Shown: piece after piece, positions 29,901-37,932 of the stretch
How the letters are laid out: the number at the start of each line of letters is the position of its first letter
How positions within the stretch are numbered: position 1 is the first letter of the stretch
DNA from: Stenotrophomonas sp.
Lineage (GTDB): Bacteria; Pseudomonadota; Gammaproteobacteria; Xanthomonadales; Xanthomonadaceae
DNA: 64,000 bases
Assembly: GCF_036662295.1 (NCBI RefSeq)
Contig: NZ_JAVWXA010000002.1
Span: 23,446-87,445 of the forward strand
Direction: 5' to 3'
Made by a program: the position numbers and the translations under genes
The notes under the pieces: model-generated
What the model saw: the letters and a program-made list of their open reading frames with translations, nothing else
Told to the model about the DNA's origin: nothing
Database searches by the model: none

Positions 29901-30658
29901 CGCGCAACACCGCCGACGAGCGTGAACTGCGCGGCCTGCCTGGCCACGGCGTGGGCGAGGAGGTGGCCTTCCTGCCGCTGGACGACGAGCGCCTGTCGCG
30001 TTCGCTGGACGAACTGGTGGAGCGCCGCGTGCGCTTCCTCACCGACTACCAGGATGCCGCCTATGCCGCGCGCTACCGCGCCCTGGTGGACAAGGTGCGT
30101 GCGGCCGAATGGGACGTGGTGGGCAGCACCGCGCTCACCGAGACCGTGGCGCGTTACTACTTCAAGCTGATGGCCTACAAGGACGAGTACGAGGTGGCGC
30201 GGCTGTACACCAGCGGCGAGTTCCAGCGCCGCCTGCAGCAGCAGTTCGAGGGCGATTTCCAGCTGCGCTTCCACCTGGCCCCGCCGCTGTTTGCGAAGAA
30301 GGACGCGCAGGGCCGCCTGATCAAGCAGGAATACGGGCCGTGGATGCTCAAGGCGTTTGGCCTGCTGGCCAGGCTGAAGTTCCTGCGCGGTGGCCGCCTG
30401 GACGTGTTTGGCCGCACCGCCGAACGCCGTGGCGAGCGCCAGTTGATCGCCGACTACGAACAGACCGTGGCCCTGCTGCTGGACGGGCTGCGCGATGACC
30501 GGGTGGCCCTGGCGGTGGAGATCGCCAGCATCCCCGAGCACATCCGCGGCTACGGGCACGTCAAGGAAGCGCACCTGCACAAGGCCAAGGCGCGCGAGGC
30601 GACGCTGCTGGCGCAATGGAAGAACCCGCGGGCGCTGCATATCGTGCAGGTGGCGTGA
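26957..30658 (+). CDS. Fused indolepyruvate ferredoxin oxidoreductase family protein
   Basis: SGYRGSPLGG, YCSGCPHN, GDGTYFHSG, CEGCGDC...C ferredoxin motif, TGVGGTG, MAYKDEYEVARL. Confidence 0.93.
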   Translation: MTSTAELTSPASANRPDAGGLDDSYTLDHKYTRTDGRIYLSGVQALVRLPLMQRLRDEAAGLDTAGFISGYRGSPLGGFDLELWRARQHLEAARVKFTPGLNEDLGATMVWGTQQTNLFPGAKVQGVYGMWYGKGPGVDRCGDVFKHANAAGTSPHGGVLALAADDHACRSSTLPHGSEDEFVSAMMPVLNPAGVQDILDMGLLGWAMSRYTGRWIGFKTIAETVESSASVQVDPFARKIVLPEDFEMPAGGLNIRWPDPPLDQEMRLHRYAVKAAQAFARANGIDRVVMDSPRARLGIVTTGKSYLDVLQALEYLGLDEAACAAIGIRVYKVGMSWPLEPEGIARFAQGLEDIVVVEEKRAFIERQMKEQFFNWPASWGQRPSIVGKYDEAGEWILPSTNELTPATIAGVIGRRIQKFFNNDSIQERLRWMDAKEAELALPRASFPRVPHYCSGCPHNTSTRVPEGSRALGGIGCHYMVTWMDRSTDTFTHMGGEGVTWAGQAAFTDTGHVFQNLGDGTYFHSGSLAIRQAIAAKVNITYKILYNDAVAMTGGQPVDGTLSVPQIAHQMRAEGVQTIVLVSDEIGKWNRREQFPDGVEFFDRAELDAVQKQLRDVKGTSILIYEQTCATEKRRRRKRGKLVDPPKRVVVNSLVCEGCGDCGQKSFCVSVLPKETEFGRKRDIDQSNCNKDYSCTTGFCPSFVTVHGGKPRKGARSSKTALLDKLPAPTFRTTLEQPWNILITGVGGTGVVTIGALLGMAGHLEGKGASVLDQTGLAQKGGAVTTHIRIARTPEDIHAVRIAAGEADLVVGCDMVVVNDYWALSKVRAERSQVVLNTYEAMPGTFTTRPDLQFPAADIIAGIRVALGGREPLLLDATQLATALLGDAIAANLFILGFAWQQGLVPISFEALMRAIELNGAAVAMNQQAFAWGRLAAVDPQAVQQAAGLVANRHTDAERTPGPLHDLPPGEWEGNEWGANAAPRNTADERELRGLPGHGVGEEVAFLPLDDERLSRSLDELVERRVRFLTDYQDAAYAARYRALVDKVRAAEWDVVGSTALTETVARYYFKLMAYKDEYEVARLYTSGEFQRRLQQQFEGDFQLRFHLAPPLFAKKDAQGRLIKQEYGPWMLKAFGLLARLKFLRGGRLDVFGRTAERRGERQLIADYEQTVALLLDGLRDDRVALAVEIASIPEHIRGYGHVKEAHLHKAKAREATLLAQWKNPRALHIVQVA

Positions 30659-30667
30659 GGTGGGCGA

Positions 30668-30694
30668 ACGCTGACATCGGCTCGATGTCAGCGT
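30668..30694. terminator. 12-bp hairpin directly after the IOR gene (terminator-like, no U tract)
   Basis: ACGCTGACATCG-GCT-CGATGTCAGCGT. Confidence 0.45.
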
Positions 30695-30708
30695 ACCGCG
30701 ACAAAGGA

Positions 30709-30784
30709 AAATGCAATTCATAGGTTGCATTTAAGAAATGCAACCTATACCTTGCATTTTGCTAATGCACGTTATAGGTTGCTG
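30709..30784. promoter_or_regulatory. Three palindromic operators upstream of hipB
   Basis: ATGCAA-N8-TTGCAT at 30711 and 30738, degenerate ATGCAC-N8-TTGCTG at 30765; exact 27-bp period; AT-rich. Confidence 0.75.
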
Positions 30785-30897
30785 CTGCGCGATTGATTTC
30801 TCGGATTGCGTTGTTGGGATCCCAGCCAGCCCCGCCGTTCCCTTTTATCGTTCAATCGTTGCCCGGCGGTTTGTGTAGCCGCGCAGAGCAGATGCCC

Positions 30898-31155
30898 ATG
30901 AGCAATGACAGCCTCGTCGTGCGCACGCCCCACCAACTCGGGGCATTGATGCGTGCGTTTCGCAAACAGGCCGGTTTCAGTCAGGCGGCCCTCGCCGAAC
31001 GGCTGGGGGTCTCGCGCCAGGCCATCACCGCCTTGGAGCGTGAACCCGAATCCGCCACCTTTGAGCGGCTCATGAAGGTGTGGGCCGTGCTGGGTCTGGA
31101 GGTGTCGCTCCAGCGCGCCACTGGGCATACCCAACCGTTGGACATGGAGTGGTAG
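30898..31155 (+). CDS. hipB: HipB-like XRE HTH antitoxin
   Basis: LMRAFRKQAGFSQAALAERLGVSRQAITALE; C-terminal EW; 3 nt upstream of hipA. Confidence 0.85.
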   Translation: MSNDSLVVRTPHQLGALMRAFRKQAGFSQAALAERLGVSRQAITALEREPESATFERLMKVWAVLGLEVSLQRATGHTQPLDMEW

Positions 31156-31158
31156 CAG

Positions 31159-32484
31159 ATGGCCGAGCTGAAGGTCTGGATGAACGGCGTCGAGGTGGCG
31201 ACCTGGTGCGAGCGTTCCACCGCGCCGGCGCAACTGACGTACGCATCGTCCTGGCTCGCCTCGGCACTGCCTCGCCCCCTGTCATTGTCGCTGCCGCTGC
31301 TGCCCGCCGGGGCGAGCCACCGCGGGCAGGCCGTCTCGGACTATTTCGACAACCTGCTGCCTGACAACAGCGACATCCGCAATCGCCTGCGCGACCGCTT
31401 CCGCACGCAGAGCGCGGGTACATTCGATCTGTTGCAGGCCATCGGCCGCGATTGCGTCGGTGCCGTGCAGCTGCTGCCGCCAGGCCTTGCCCCCGTCGAC
31501 CTGCACAGCATCCAGTACCGGGCGCTGTCAGACGCGGAGGTCGCCGATGTGCTGCGGGGCGTCACTGCCGTGCCGGTACCGGGTTCGCCACGGCGCCCGG
31601 ACGACGACTTCCGCATCTCGATCGCCGGCGCGCAGGAAAAAACCGGCCTTCTTCAGCACGATGGCCGTTGGTGCCTGCCCACGGGTAGCACGCCGACCAC
31701 CCACATTCTCAAGCTGCCGCTCGGCCTGGTGGGCAACATGCGTGCAGACATGCAGCTCTCGGTGGAAAACGAGTGGCTCTGCATGCAGCTCATCGGCGCG
31801 TTCGGCATCCCGACCGCCAGCACCGGAATGGGCCGCTTCGAGGACCAGCGCGCGCTCATCGTTGAACGCTTCGACCGGCGTCTGGCGCGTGATGGCCAGT
31901 GGTGGCTGCGGCTGCCCCAGGAAGACATGTGCCAGGTGTTCGGTCTTCCCAGCTCGAAGAAGTACGAGGCCGATGGCGGGCCCGGCATGCTGGAGATCCT
32001 GGAACTGCTGAGGCAGTCCAGCCGTGCAGAGGACCGCGAACACTTCTTCAAGACACAGCTGCTGTTCTGGATGCTGGCTGCCACTGACGGCCATGCCAAA
32101 AACTTCAGCGTGCACCTCGACGCCGGCGGCGGGTTCCGGCTCACACCGGTTTACGACGTGCTGTCGGTGTACCCGATCCTGGGCCGTGGACCGGGAAGGC
32201 TCGATCCGCACGATGCGCAGTTGGCGATGTCGGTGCGCGGCAAGAACCGCCACCGCACGTTGCTCGGCATCCGCCGCCGACACTGGAACGAGACGGCGCG
32301 TGCTGCGGGGATTGCCGCCGGCGCCGAACCGTGGATCGACGACCTGCTGGCGCGGGTGGAGCCGGCGATCATGCGCGTGGCCGCAACACTGCCTGCCGAC
32401 TTCCCCGTGCAGGTGGCAGACCCCATCTTCCAGGGCCTTCGCAAGGCGGCCACGCGGTTGGCCTCCCAGTCCAGCGATGGCTGA
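31159..32484 (+). CDS. hipA: HipA-family serine/threonine kinase toxin
   Basis: YFDNLLPD, ISIAGAQEK, THILK, QEDMCQ, DGHAKNFS, PVYD. Confidence 0.95.
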   Translation: MAELKVWMNGVEVATWCERSTAPAQLTYASSWLASALPRPLSLSLPLLPAGASHRGQAVSDYFDNLLPDNSDIRNRLRDRFRTQSAGTFDLLQAIGRDCVGAVQLLPPGLAPVDLHSIQYRALSDAEVADVLRGVTAVPVPGSPRRPDDDFRISIAGAQEKTGLLQHDGRWCLPTGSTPTTHILKLPLGLVGNMRADMQLSVENEWLCMQLIGAFGIPTASTGMGRFEDQRALIVERFDRRLARDGQWWLRLPQEDMCQVFGLPSSKKYEADGGPGMLEILELLRQSSRAEDREHFFKTQLLFWMLAATDGHAKNFSVHLDAGGGFRLTPVYDVLSVYPILGRGPGRLDPHDAQLAMSVRGKNRHRTLLGIRRRHWNETARAAGIAAGAEPWIDDLLARVEPAIMRVAATLPADFPVQVADPIFQGLRKAATRLASQSSDG

Positions 32485-33105
32485 TCACCCCCGCCGCCAC
32501 ACCCGCAGCCGGTTGTTGGCCGGCATCGCCACCTCGTCGATCAGCTGCAACCCCTGCGCGGCGGCCAGCGCATCCACGGCCTCGGCATCGCGGATGCCCG
32601 CCTCGGGGTCGCGCGCCTTCAGCCAGGCATCGAACTGGCGGTTGCTGTCGCTGCTGTAGGCGCCGTGGTGGTTGAACGGACCGTAGATGCACAACCGCGC
32701 GTCATCGGCCATCACCGCGGGCAGCCCGGCGAACAGTGCCTGCACGTGCGCCCAACTCATGATGTGCAGGGTGTTGGCGGTGAACACCGCATCGAACGTG
32801 GGCCGCGGCGTGGGCAACGGTGCCAGGCCCGGGTGCGGCGACAGCACCGCCTGCAGTGGCCACGGCGCGGGCAGGTTGGGCAGGGCCGCCTCGGCCAGGC
32901 GCTCGGCGATGCCCGGCAGGTGGTCGGGATGGTCGCTGGCCTGCCAGTGCAGGTGCGGCAGCCCGGCGGCGAAATACGACGCGTGCTGGCCGGTGCCACT
33001 GCCGATTTCCAGCACGCGGCGGCGATCGTGCAGGTGGCGCTGCAAGACGGCCAGGATCGGCGCACGGTTGCGTTCGCAGGCCTCGGACCAACGCTGCTGG
33101 CTCAT
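32485..33105 (-). CDS. DUF938 SAM-dependent methyltransferase-like protein
   Basis: ACERNRAPIL, LEIGSGTGQHA, YGPFN, FDAWLK, MPANN. Confidence 0.9.
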   Translation of the reverse strand: MSQQRWSEACERNRAPILAVLQRHLHDRRRVLEIGSGTGQHASYFAAGLPHLHWQASDHPDHLPGIAERLAEAALPNLPAPWPLQAVLSPHPGLAPLPTPRPTFDAVFTANTLHIMSWAHVQALFAGLPAVMADDARLCIYGPFNHHGAYSSDSNRQFDAWLKARDPEAGIRDAEAVDALAAAQGLQLIDEVAMPANNRLRVWRRG

Positions 33106-33248
33106 ACGATGCTCAAGATGAATTGGATGCCGCCTATCCAACCATGACCGCAGTCACTTGTGCCACTGCCGGGCGCCACCGAAAGTCGGAGGCTTGAGTC
33201 CACTGTCGCCGGCGTCCTGCCGCGACCGTACCGGGGGAATCGCAAGCA

Positions 33249-34877
33249 GTGCAACGCCGTGAGTTTCTGACGCTGTCTGGCATGGGCCTGGCTGGCCTGA
33301 TGCTGCCGCACACCCGCCTGATCGCCGCCGAGCAGCTGCTCGAGCCGGGCGATGCGGTCGCCAACCGGCGGCTGGCCGAGGCCGCGCTGGACGCGGCCAG
33401 GCGGGCCGGTGCCAGCTACTGCGACGTGCGCATCGGGCGCTACCTCAACCAGGCGGTGATCACCCGCGAGGCACAGGTACAGAACGTCACCAACAGCGAA
33501 TCCTCGGGCATCGGCATCCGCGTGATCGTCAACGGGGCGTGGGGCTTTGCCGCCACCCACCAGCAGACCCCGGCCGCGGTACAGGCCACCGTGGCCCAGG
33601 CCGCGGCCATCGCGCGTGCCAACGCCGGCATCCAGCTGCGGCCGGTGCAACTGGCCCCGGTGCAGGGCGTGGGCGAGGTGAGCTGGAAGACGCCACTGGT
33701 CAAGAATGCGATGGCGGTCCCGATCCAGGACAAGGTGGCGCTGCTGCTGAGCGTGAATGCCGCCGCGCTCGATGCCGGCGCGGACTTCATCAACTCCACG
33801 CTGTTCCTGGTCAACGAGCAGAAGTACTTCGCCTCCAGCGATGGCTCGTTCATCGACCAGGACGTGCACCGGATCTGGCTGCCGTTCACCGCCACCGCCA
33901 TCGACAAGGCCAGCGGCAAGTTCCGCACGCGGGCCGGGCTGTCCTCGCCGATGGGCATGGGCTACGAGTTCCTCGACGGCGACGCCCGCGGCAAGGTCGC
34001 CCTGCCCGGTGGCCTCACCGCCTACCGCGACTCCTACGATCCGGTGGAGGATGCCATCGCCGCCGCGCGCCACGCCCGCGAGAAGCTCAAGGCGCCCTCG
34101 GTCAAGCCCGGCAGGTACGACCTGGTGCTGGACCCGTCCAACCTGTTCCTGACCATCCACGAGAACGTGGGCCACCCGCTGGAGCTGGACCGCGTGCTGG
34201 GCTATGAGGCCAACTACGCCGGCACCAGCTTCGCCACGCTGGACAAGCGCGACGCCGGCTTCCGCTGGGGCAGCGAGCGGGTCAACTTCTTCGCCGACAA
34301 GACCGCGCCCGGCAGCCTGGGCGCCGTCGGCTATGACGACGAGGGGGTCAAGACCCGGCGCTGGGACCTGGTCCGCGACGGCATCCTGGTCAACTACCAG
34401 GCCACCCGCGACGAGGTGCACCTGCTGGGTGAAACCCGGTCGCACGGCTGCAGCTACGCCGATTCGTGGTCCAGCGTGCAGTTCCAGCGCATGGCCAACG
34501 TGTCCCTGGCGCCGGGCAAGGCGCCGCTGAGCGTGGCGGACATGATCAAGGACGTGGAGAACGGCCTGTACATCCACGGCCGCGGCTCGTACTCGATCGA
34601 CCAGCAGCGCTACAACGCGCAGTTCGGCGGCCAGTTGTACTACCAGATCAGGAACGGGCAGCTGGCCGGCATGGTCGAGGATGCGGCCTACCAGATCCGC
34701 ACGCCGGAGTTCTGGAACGCCTGCAGCGCGATCTGCGATGAGCGCGACTTCCGCTTCGGTGGTTCGTTCTTCGATGGCAAGGGCCAGCCGGGCCAGGTCT
34801 CGGCGGTCTCGCACGGTTCCTCGACCAGCCGTTTCGACGGCATCAACATCATCAACACCGCGCGCAGCCTGGGATGA
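33249..34877 (+). CDS. tldD: TldD-family metalloprotease, paralogue 1, Tat signal
   Basis: QRREFL Tat motif; IHENVGHPLE (HExxxH); FFDGKGQPGQ...VSHG. Confidence 0.9.
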   Translation: MQRREFLTLSGMGLAGLMLPHTRLIAAEQLLEPGDAVANRRLAEAALDAARRAGASYCDVRIGRYLNQAVITREAQVQNVTNSESSGIGIRVIVNGAWGFAATHQQTPAAVQATVAQAAAIARANAGIQLRPVQLAPVQGVGEVSWKTPLVKNAMAVPIQDKVALLLSVNAAALDAGADFINSTLFLVNEQKYFASSDGSFIDQDVHRIWLPFTATAIDKASGKFRTRAGLSSPMGMGYEFLDGDARGKVALPGGLTAYRDSYDPVEDAIAAARHAREKLKAPSVKPGRYDLVLDPSNLFLTIHENVGHPLELDRVLGYEANYAGTSFATLDKRDAGFRWGSERVNFFADKTAPGSLGAVGYDDEGVKTRRWDLVRDGILVNYQATRDEVHLLGETRSHGCSYADSWSSVQFQRMANVSLAPGKAPLSVADMIKDVENGLYIHGRGSYSIDQQRYNAQFGGQLYYQIRNGQLAGMVEDAAYQIRTPEFWNACSAICDERDFRFGGSFFDGKGQPGQVSAVSHGSSTSRFDGINIINTARSLG

Positions 34878-34934
34878 ACCTGTCCCGGGCTGCGCTCGTT
34901 TTCCCGCCCCGCCACACCGACGTGGAGAGCTGCC

Positions 34935-36569
34935 TTGCAACGACGTGACTTCCTCGCCCTCACCGGGCTTACCGCAGGCGGCCTGATCGTGCCGTCGTTC
35001 TTCGGCAAGGCCATCGCCGCCGAGCAGCTGCAGAGCACGCTCGACCTGGGCCTGAAGAAGCGCCTGGCCGACGCCGCGCTGGCCGCTGCCCGCCAGGCCG
35101 GGGCCACCTACTGCGACGTGCGCATCGGGCGCTACCTGCGCCAGTTCGTGATCACCCGCGAGGACAAGGTGCAGAACGTGGTCAACACCGAGTCCACCGG
35201 CGTGGGCATCCGCGTGATCGTCAACGGCGCCTGGGGCTTTGCCGCCACCAACGCGCTGGGCACCGCCGACGTGGCGCGCGCCGCGCAGCAGGCCGCGGCC
35301 ATCGCCAAGGCCAACGCCGGGGTGCAGACCGCGCCAGTGCAGCTGGCTGCCGCGCCGGGCGTGGGCGAGGTGAGCTGGAAGACGCCGATCCGCAAGAACG
35401 CCATGGACGTGCCGGTGAAGGAAAAGGTGGACCTGCTGCTGGACGTCAACGCGGCCGCGTTGGCCGCCGGCGCCAGCTTCGTCAATTCGATGCTGTTCCT
35501 GGTCAACGAGCAGAAGTACTTCGCCAGCACCGACGGCTCCTACATCGACCAGGACGTGCACCGCATCTGGGCGCCGATGACCATCACCGCCATCGACAAG
35601 GCCAGCGGCAAGTTCCGCACCCGCGAAGGGCTGTCCGCGCCGATGGGCATGGGCTACGAATACCTCGACGGCGCCGCCGCCGGCAAGGTGCTCACCCCCA
35701 ACGGCGTGGTCAACTACAGCTCCTCCTACGACATGAAGGAAGATGCGATCGCCGCGGCCCGGCAGGCCCAGGAGAAGCTCAAGGCGCCGTCGGTGAAGCC
35801 GGGCAAGTACGACCTGATCCTGGACCCGTCGCACACCTGGCTGACCATCCACGAATCGATCGGCCACCCGCTGGAGCTGGACCGCGTGCTCGGCTACGAA
35901 GCCAACTACGCCGGCACCAGCTTCGCCACGCTGGACAAGCGCGAGCAGCACTTCCAGTACGGCAGCGACAAGGTCAACATCTTCGCCGACAAGACCCAGC
36001 CGGGCAGCCTTGGCGCGGTGGCCTACGACGATGAAGGCGTGAAGTGCAAGCGCTGGGACCTGATCACCGACGGCAAGCTGGTGGACTACCAGACCATCCG
36101 CGACCAGGCCCACATCCTGGGCAAGACCGCTTCGGACGGCTGCTGCTATGCCGACTCCTGGTCCAGCGTGCAGTTCCAGCGCATGGCGAACGTGTCCATG
36201 GCCCCGGGCAAGACGCCGCTGAGCGTGGCCGACATGGTCAAGGACGTGGAGAACGGCATCTACATCATCGGCGACGGTTCGTTCTCGATCGACCAGCAGC
36301 GCTACAACGCGCAGTTCGGCGGCCAGCTGTTCTACGAAATCAAGAACGGCAAGATCACCCGCATGCTCGAGGACGTGGCCTACCAGATCCGCACGCCGGA
36401 ATTCTGGAATGCCTGCACCGCCGTGGCCGATGAGCGCGATTACCGCCTGGGCGGTTCGTTCTTCGACGGCAAGGGCCAGCCGGGCCAGGTCTCGGCGGTC
36501 TCGCATGGCTCGTCCACCGCGCGCTTCAACGGCATCAACGTCATCAACACCGCCCGCAGCCTCGGCTGA
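34935..36569 (+). CDS. tldD: TldD-family metalloprotease, paralogue 2, Tat signal
   Basis: QRRDFL Tat motif (TTG start, RBS GGAG); IHESIGHPLE; FFDGKGQPGQ. Confidence 0.9.
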   Translation: MQRRDFLALTGLTAGGLIVPSFFGKAIAAEQLQSTLDLGLKKRLADAALAAARQAGATYCDVRIGRYLRQFVITREDKVQNVVNTESTGVGIRVIVNGAWGFAATNALGTADVARAAQQAAAIAKANAGVQTAPVQLAAAPGVGEVSWKTPIRKNAMDVPVKEKVDLLLDVNAAALAAGASFVNSMLFLVNEQKYFASTDGSYIDQDVHRIWAPMTITAIDKASGKFRTREGLSAPMGMGYEYLDGAAAGKVLTPNGVVNYSSSYDMKEDAIAAARQAQEKLKAPSVKPGKYDLILDPSHTWLTIHESIGHPLELDRVLGYEANYAGTSFATLDKREQHFQYGSDKVNIFADKTQPGSLGAVAYDDEGVKCKRWDLITDGKLVDYQTIRDQAHILGKTASDGCCYADSWSSVQFQRMANVSMAPGKTPLSVADMVKDVENGIYIIGDGSFSIDQQRYNAQFGGQLFYEIKNGKITRMLEDVAYQIRTPEFWNACTAVADERDYRLGGSFFDGKGQPGQVSAVSHGSSTARFNGINVINTARSLG

Positions 36570-36590
36570 CCGGTCAGGAGCCTTTACACC

Positions 36591-37925
36591 ATGAGTATCT
36601 TCACCGAAGCACAAGCCAAGGCCATCCTCGACAAGGTCATCGCGCTGTCCAAGGCCGATGAATGCACCGCCGTGCTGGCCGGTTCCATCGAAGGCAACAT
36701 CCGCTTCGCGCTCAACAACGTGTCCACCAGCGGCATCGTGGACAACACCGAACTGGCCGTCACCGTGGCCTTCGGCAAGCGCGTGGGCACCGCCTCGATC
36801 AACGCCTTCGACGATGCCGCGCTGGAACGGGTGGTGCGGCGCGCCGAAGACCTGGCGCGGCTGGCCCCGGAGAACCCGGAGTTCATGCCCGCCATCGGCA
36901 AGCAGGCCTACACGCCCAGCCCGACCTTCAGCGCCTCCACCGCCGCCATCGACCCGGCGTTCCGTGCCAAGGTCGCCGCCGACTCCATCGCCCCGTGCCG
37001 CGGCAACGGCCTGATCGCCGCCGGCTTCCTGGAAGACGGCCAGGGCTTCTATGCCACCGCCAACAGCAACGGCAACTTCGGCTACCAGCGCAGCACCAGC
37101 TTCGATTACACCTGCACGGTGCGTACCGAAGACGGCCGCGGTTCGGGTTGGGTCGGCCGCAACCTCAAGGACGCGGCGGATTTCAAGGCCGACCAGGACA
37201 TCCGCATCGCCATGCGCAAGGCCACCGAATCGGCCGAGGCCAAGGCGCTGGAACCGGGCAAGTACACGGTCATCCTGGAACCGGCGGCCGCCGCCGGCCT
37301 GATCAGCTTCATGATGAACTTCTTCAGCGCGCGCTCGGCCGATGAAGGCCGCAGCTTCCTGTCCAAGAAGGGCGGCGGCAACAAGCTCGGCGAACTGGTC
37401 TACGACCCGCGCGTGAACATGCATGCCGACCCGTGGCACCCCGAGGCCCCGGTCCTGCCGTGGGACAACGAGGGCATGCCGCGCACCAAGCTGCCGATCA
37501 TCGAGAACGGCCGCATCGCCAACCTGGAGTATTCGCGGTTCTGGGCCAACAAGCAGGGCAAGACGGCCAACGCCACCCCGGGCAACCTGCTCATGAGCGG
37601 TGGCGAGAAGAGCACCGCCGAGCTGGTGCGTGGCACCCAGAAGGGCATCCTGGTCACCCGCACCTGGTACATCCGCATGGTCGATCCGCAGACCGTGCTG
37701 CTCACCGGGCTGACCCGCGACGGCACCTTCTACATCGAGAACGGGCAGATCAAGTACCCGGTGAAGAACTTCCGCTTCAACGAGTCGCCGGTGATCATGC
37801 TCAACAACATCGAGGAGCTGGGCAAGCCGGTGCGCGTGGCCGGTGACGAGTCGAGCTTTGTGATGATGATCCCGCCGATGAAGCTGCGCGATTTCACCTT
37901 CACCTCGTTGTCCGACGCGGTCTGA
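36591..37925 (+). CDS. tldE: TldE/PmbA-family partner subunit (no signal peptide, no HExxxH)
   Basis: PGKYTVILEP, WDNEG, LTGLTRDGTFYIENG, NFRFNES. Confidence 0.85.
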   Translation: MSIFTEAQAKAILDKVIALSKADECTAVLAGSIEGNIRFALNNVSTSGIVDNTELAVTVAFGKRVGTASINAFDDAALERVVRRAEDLARLAPENPEFMPAIGKQAYTPSPTFSASTAAIDPAFRAKVAADSIAPCRGNGLIAAGFLEDGQGFYATANSNGNFGYQRSTSFDYTCTVRTEDGRGSGWVGRNLKDAADFKADQDIRIAMRKATESAEAKALEPGKYTVILEPAAAAGLISFMMNFFSARSADEGRSFLSKKGGGNKLGELVYDPRVNMHADPWHPEAPVLPWDNEGMPRTKLPIIENGRIANLEYSRFWANKQGKTANATPGNLLMSGGEKSTAELVRGTQKGILVTRTWYIRMVDPQTVLLTGLTRDGTFYIENGQIKYPVKNFRFNESPVIMLNNIEELGKPVRVAGDESSFVMMIPPMKLRDFTFTSLSDAV

Positions 37926-37932
37926 TCGATCG

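Noticed and set aside
26420-30730. 1436-aa minus-strand ORF
   Set aside because: Antisense shadow of the IOR gene; high-GC codon bias suppresses stops on the opposite strand and no protein motifs are visible
30709-30784. 27-bp periodic repeats as a mini-CRISPR
   Set aside because: Only three short palindromic units with 8-bp centres, no spacers of CRISPR length and no cas genes; better explained as HipB operators
33102-37439. 1445-aa minus-strand ORF
   Set aside because: Antisense shadow of tldD-tldD-tldE; its internal repetition simply mirrors the tldD duplication
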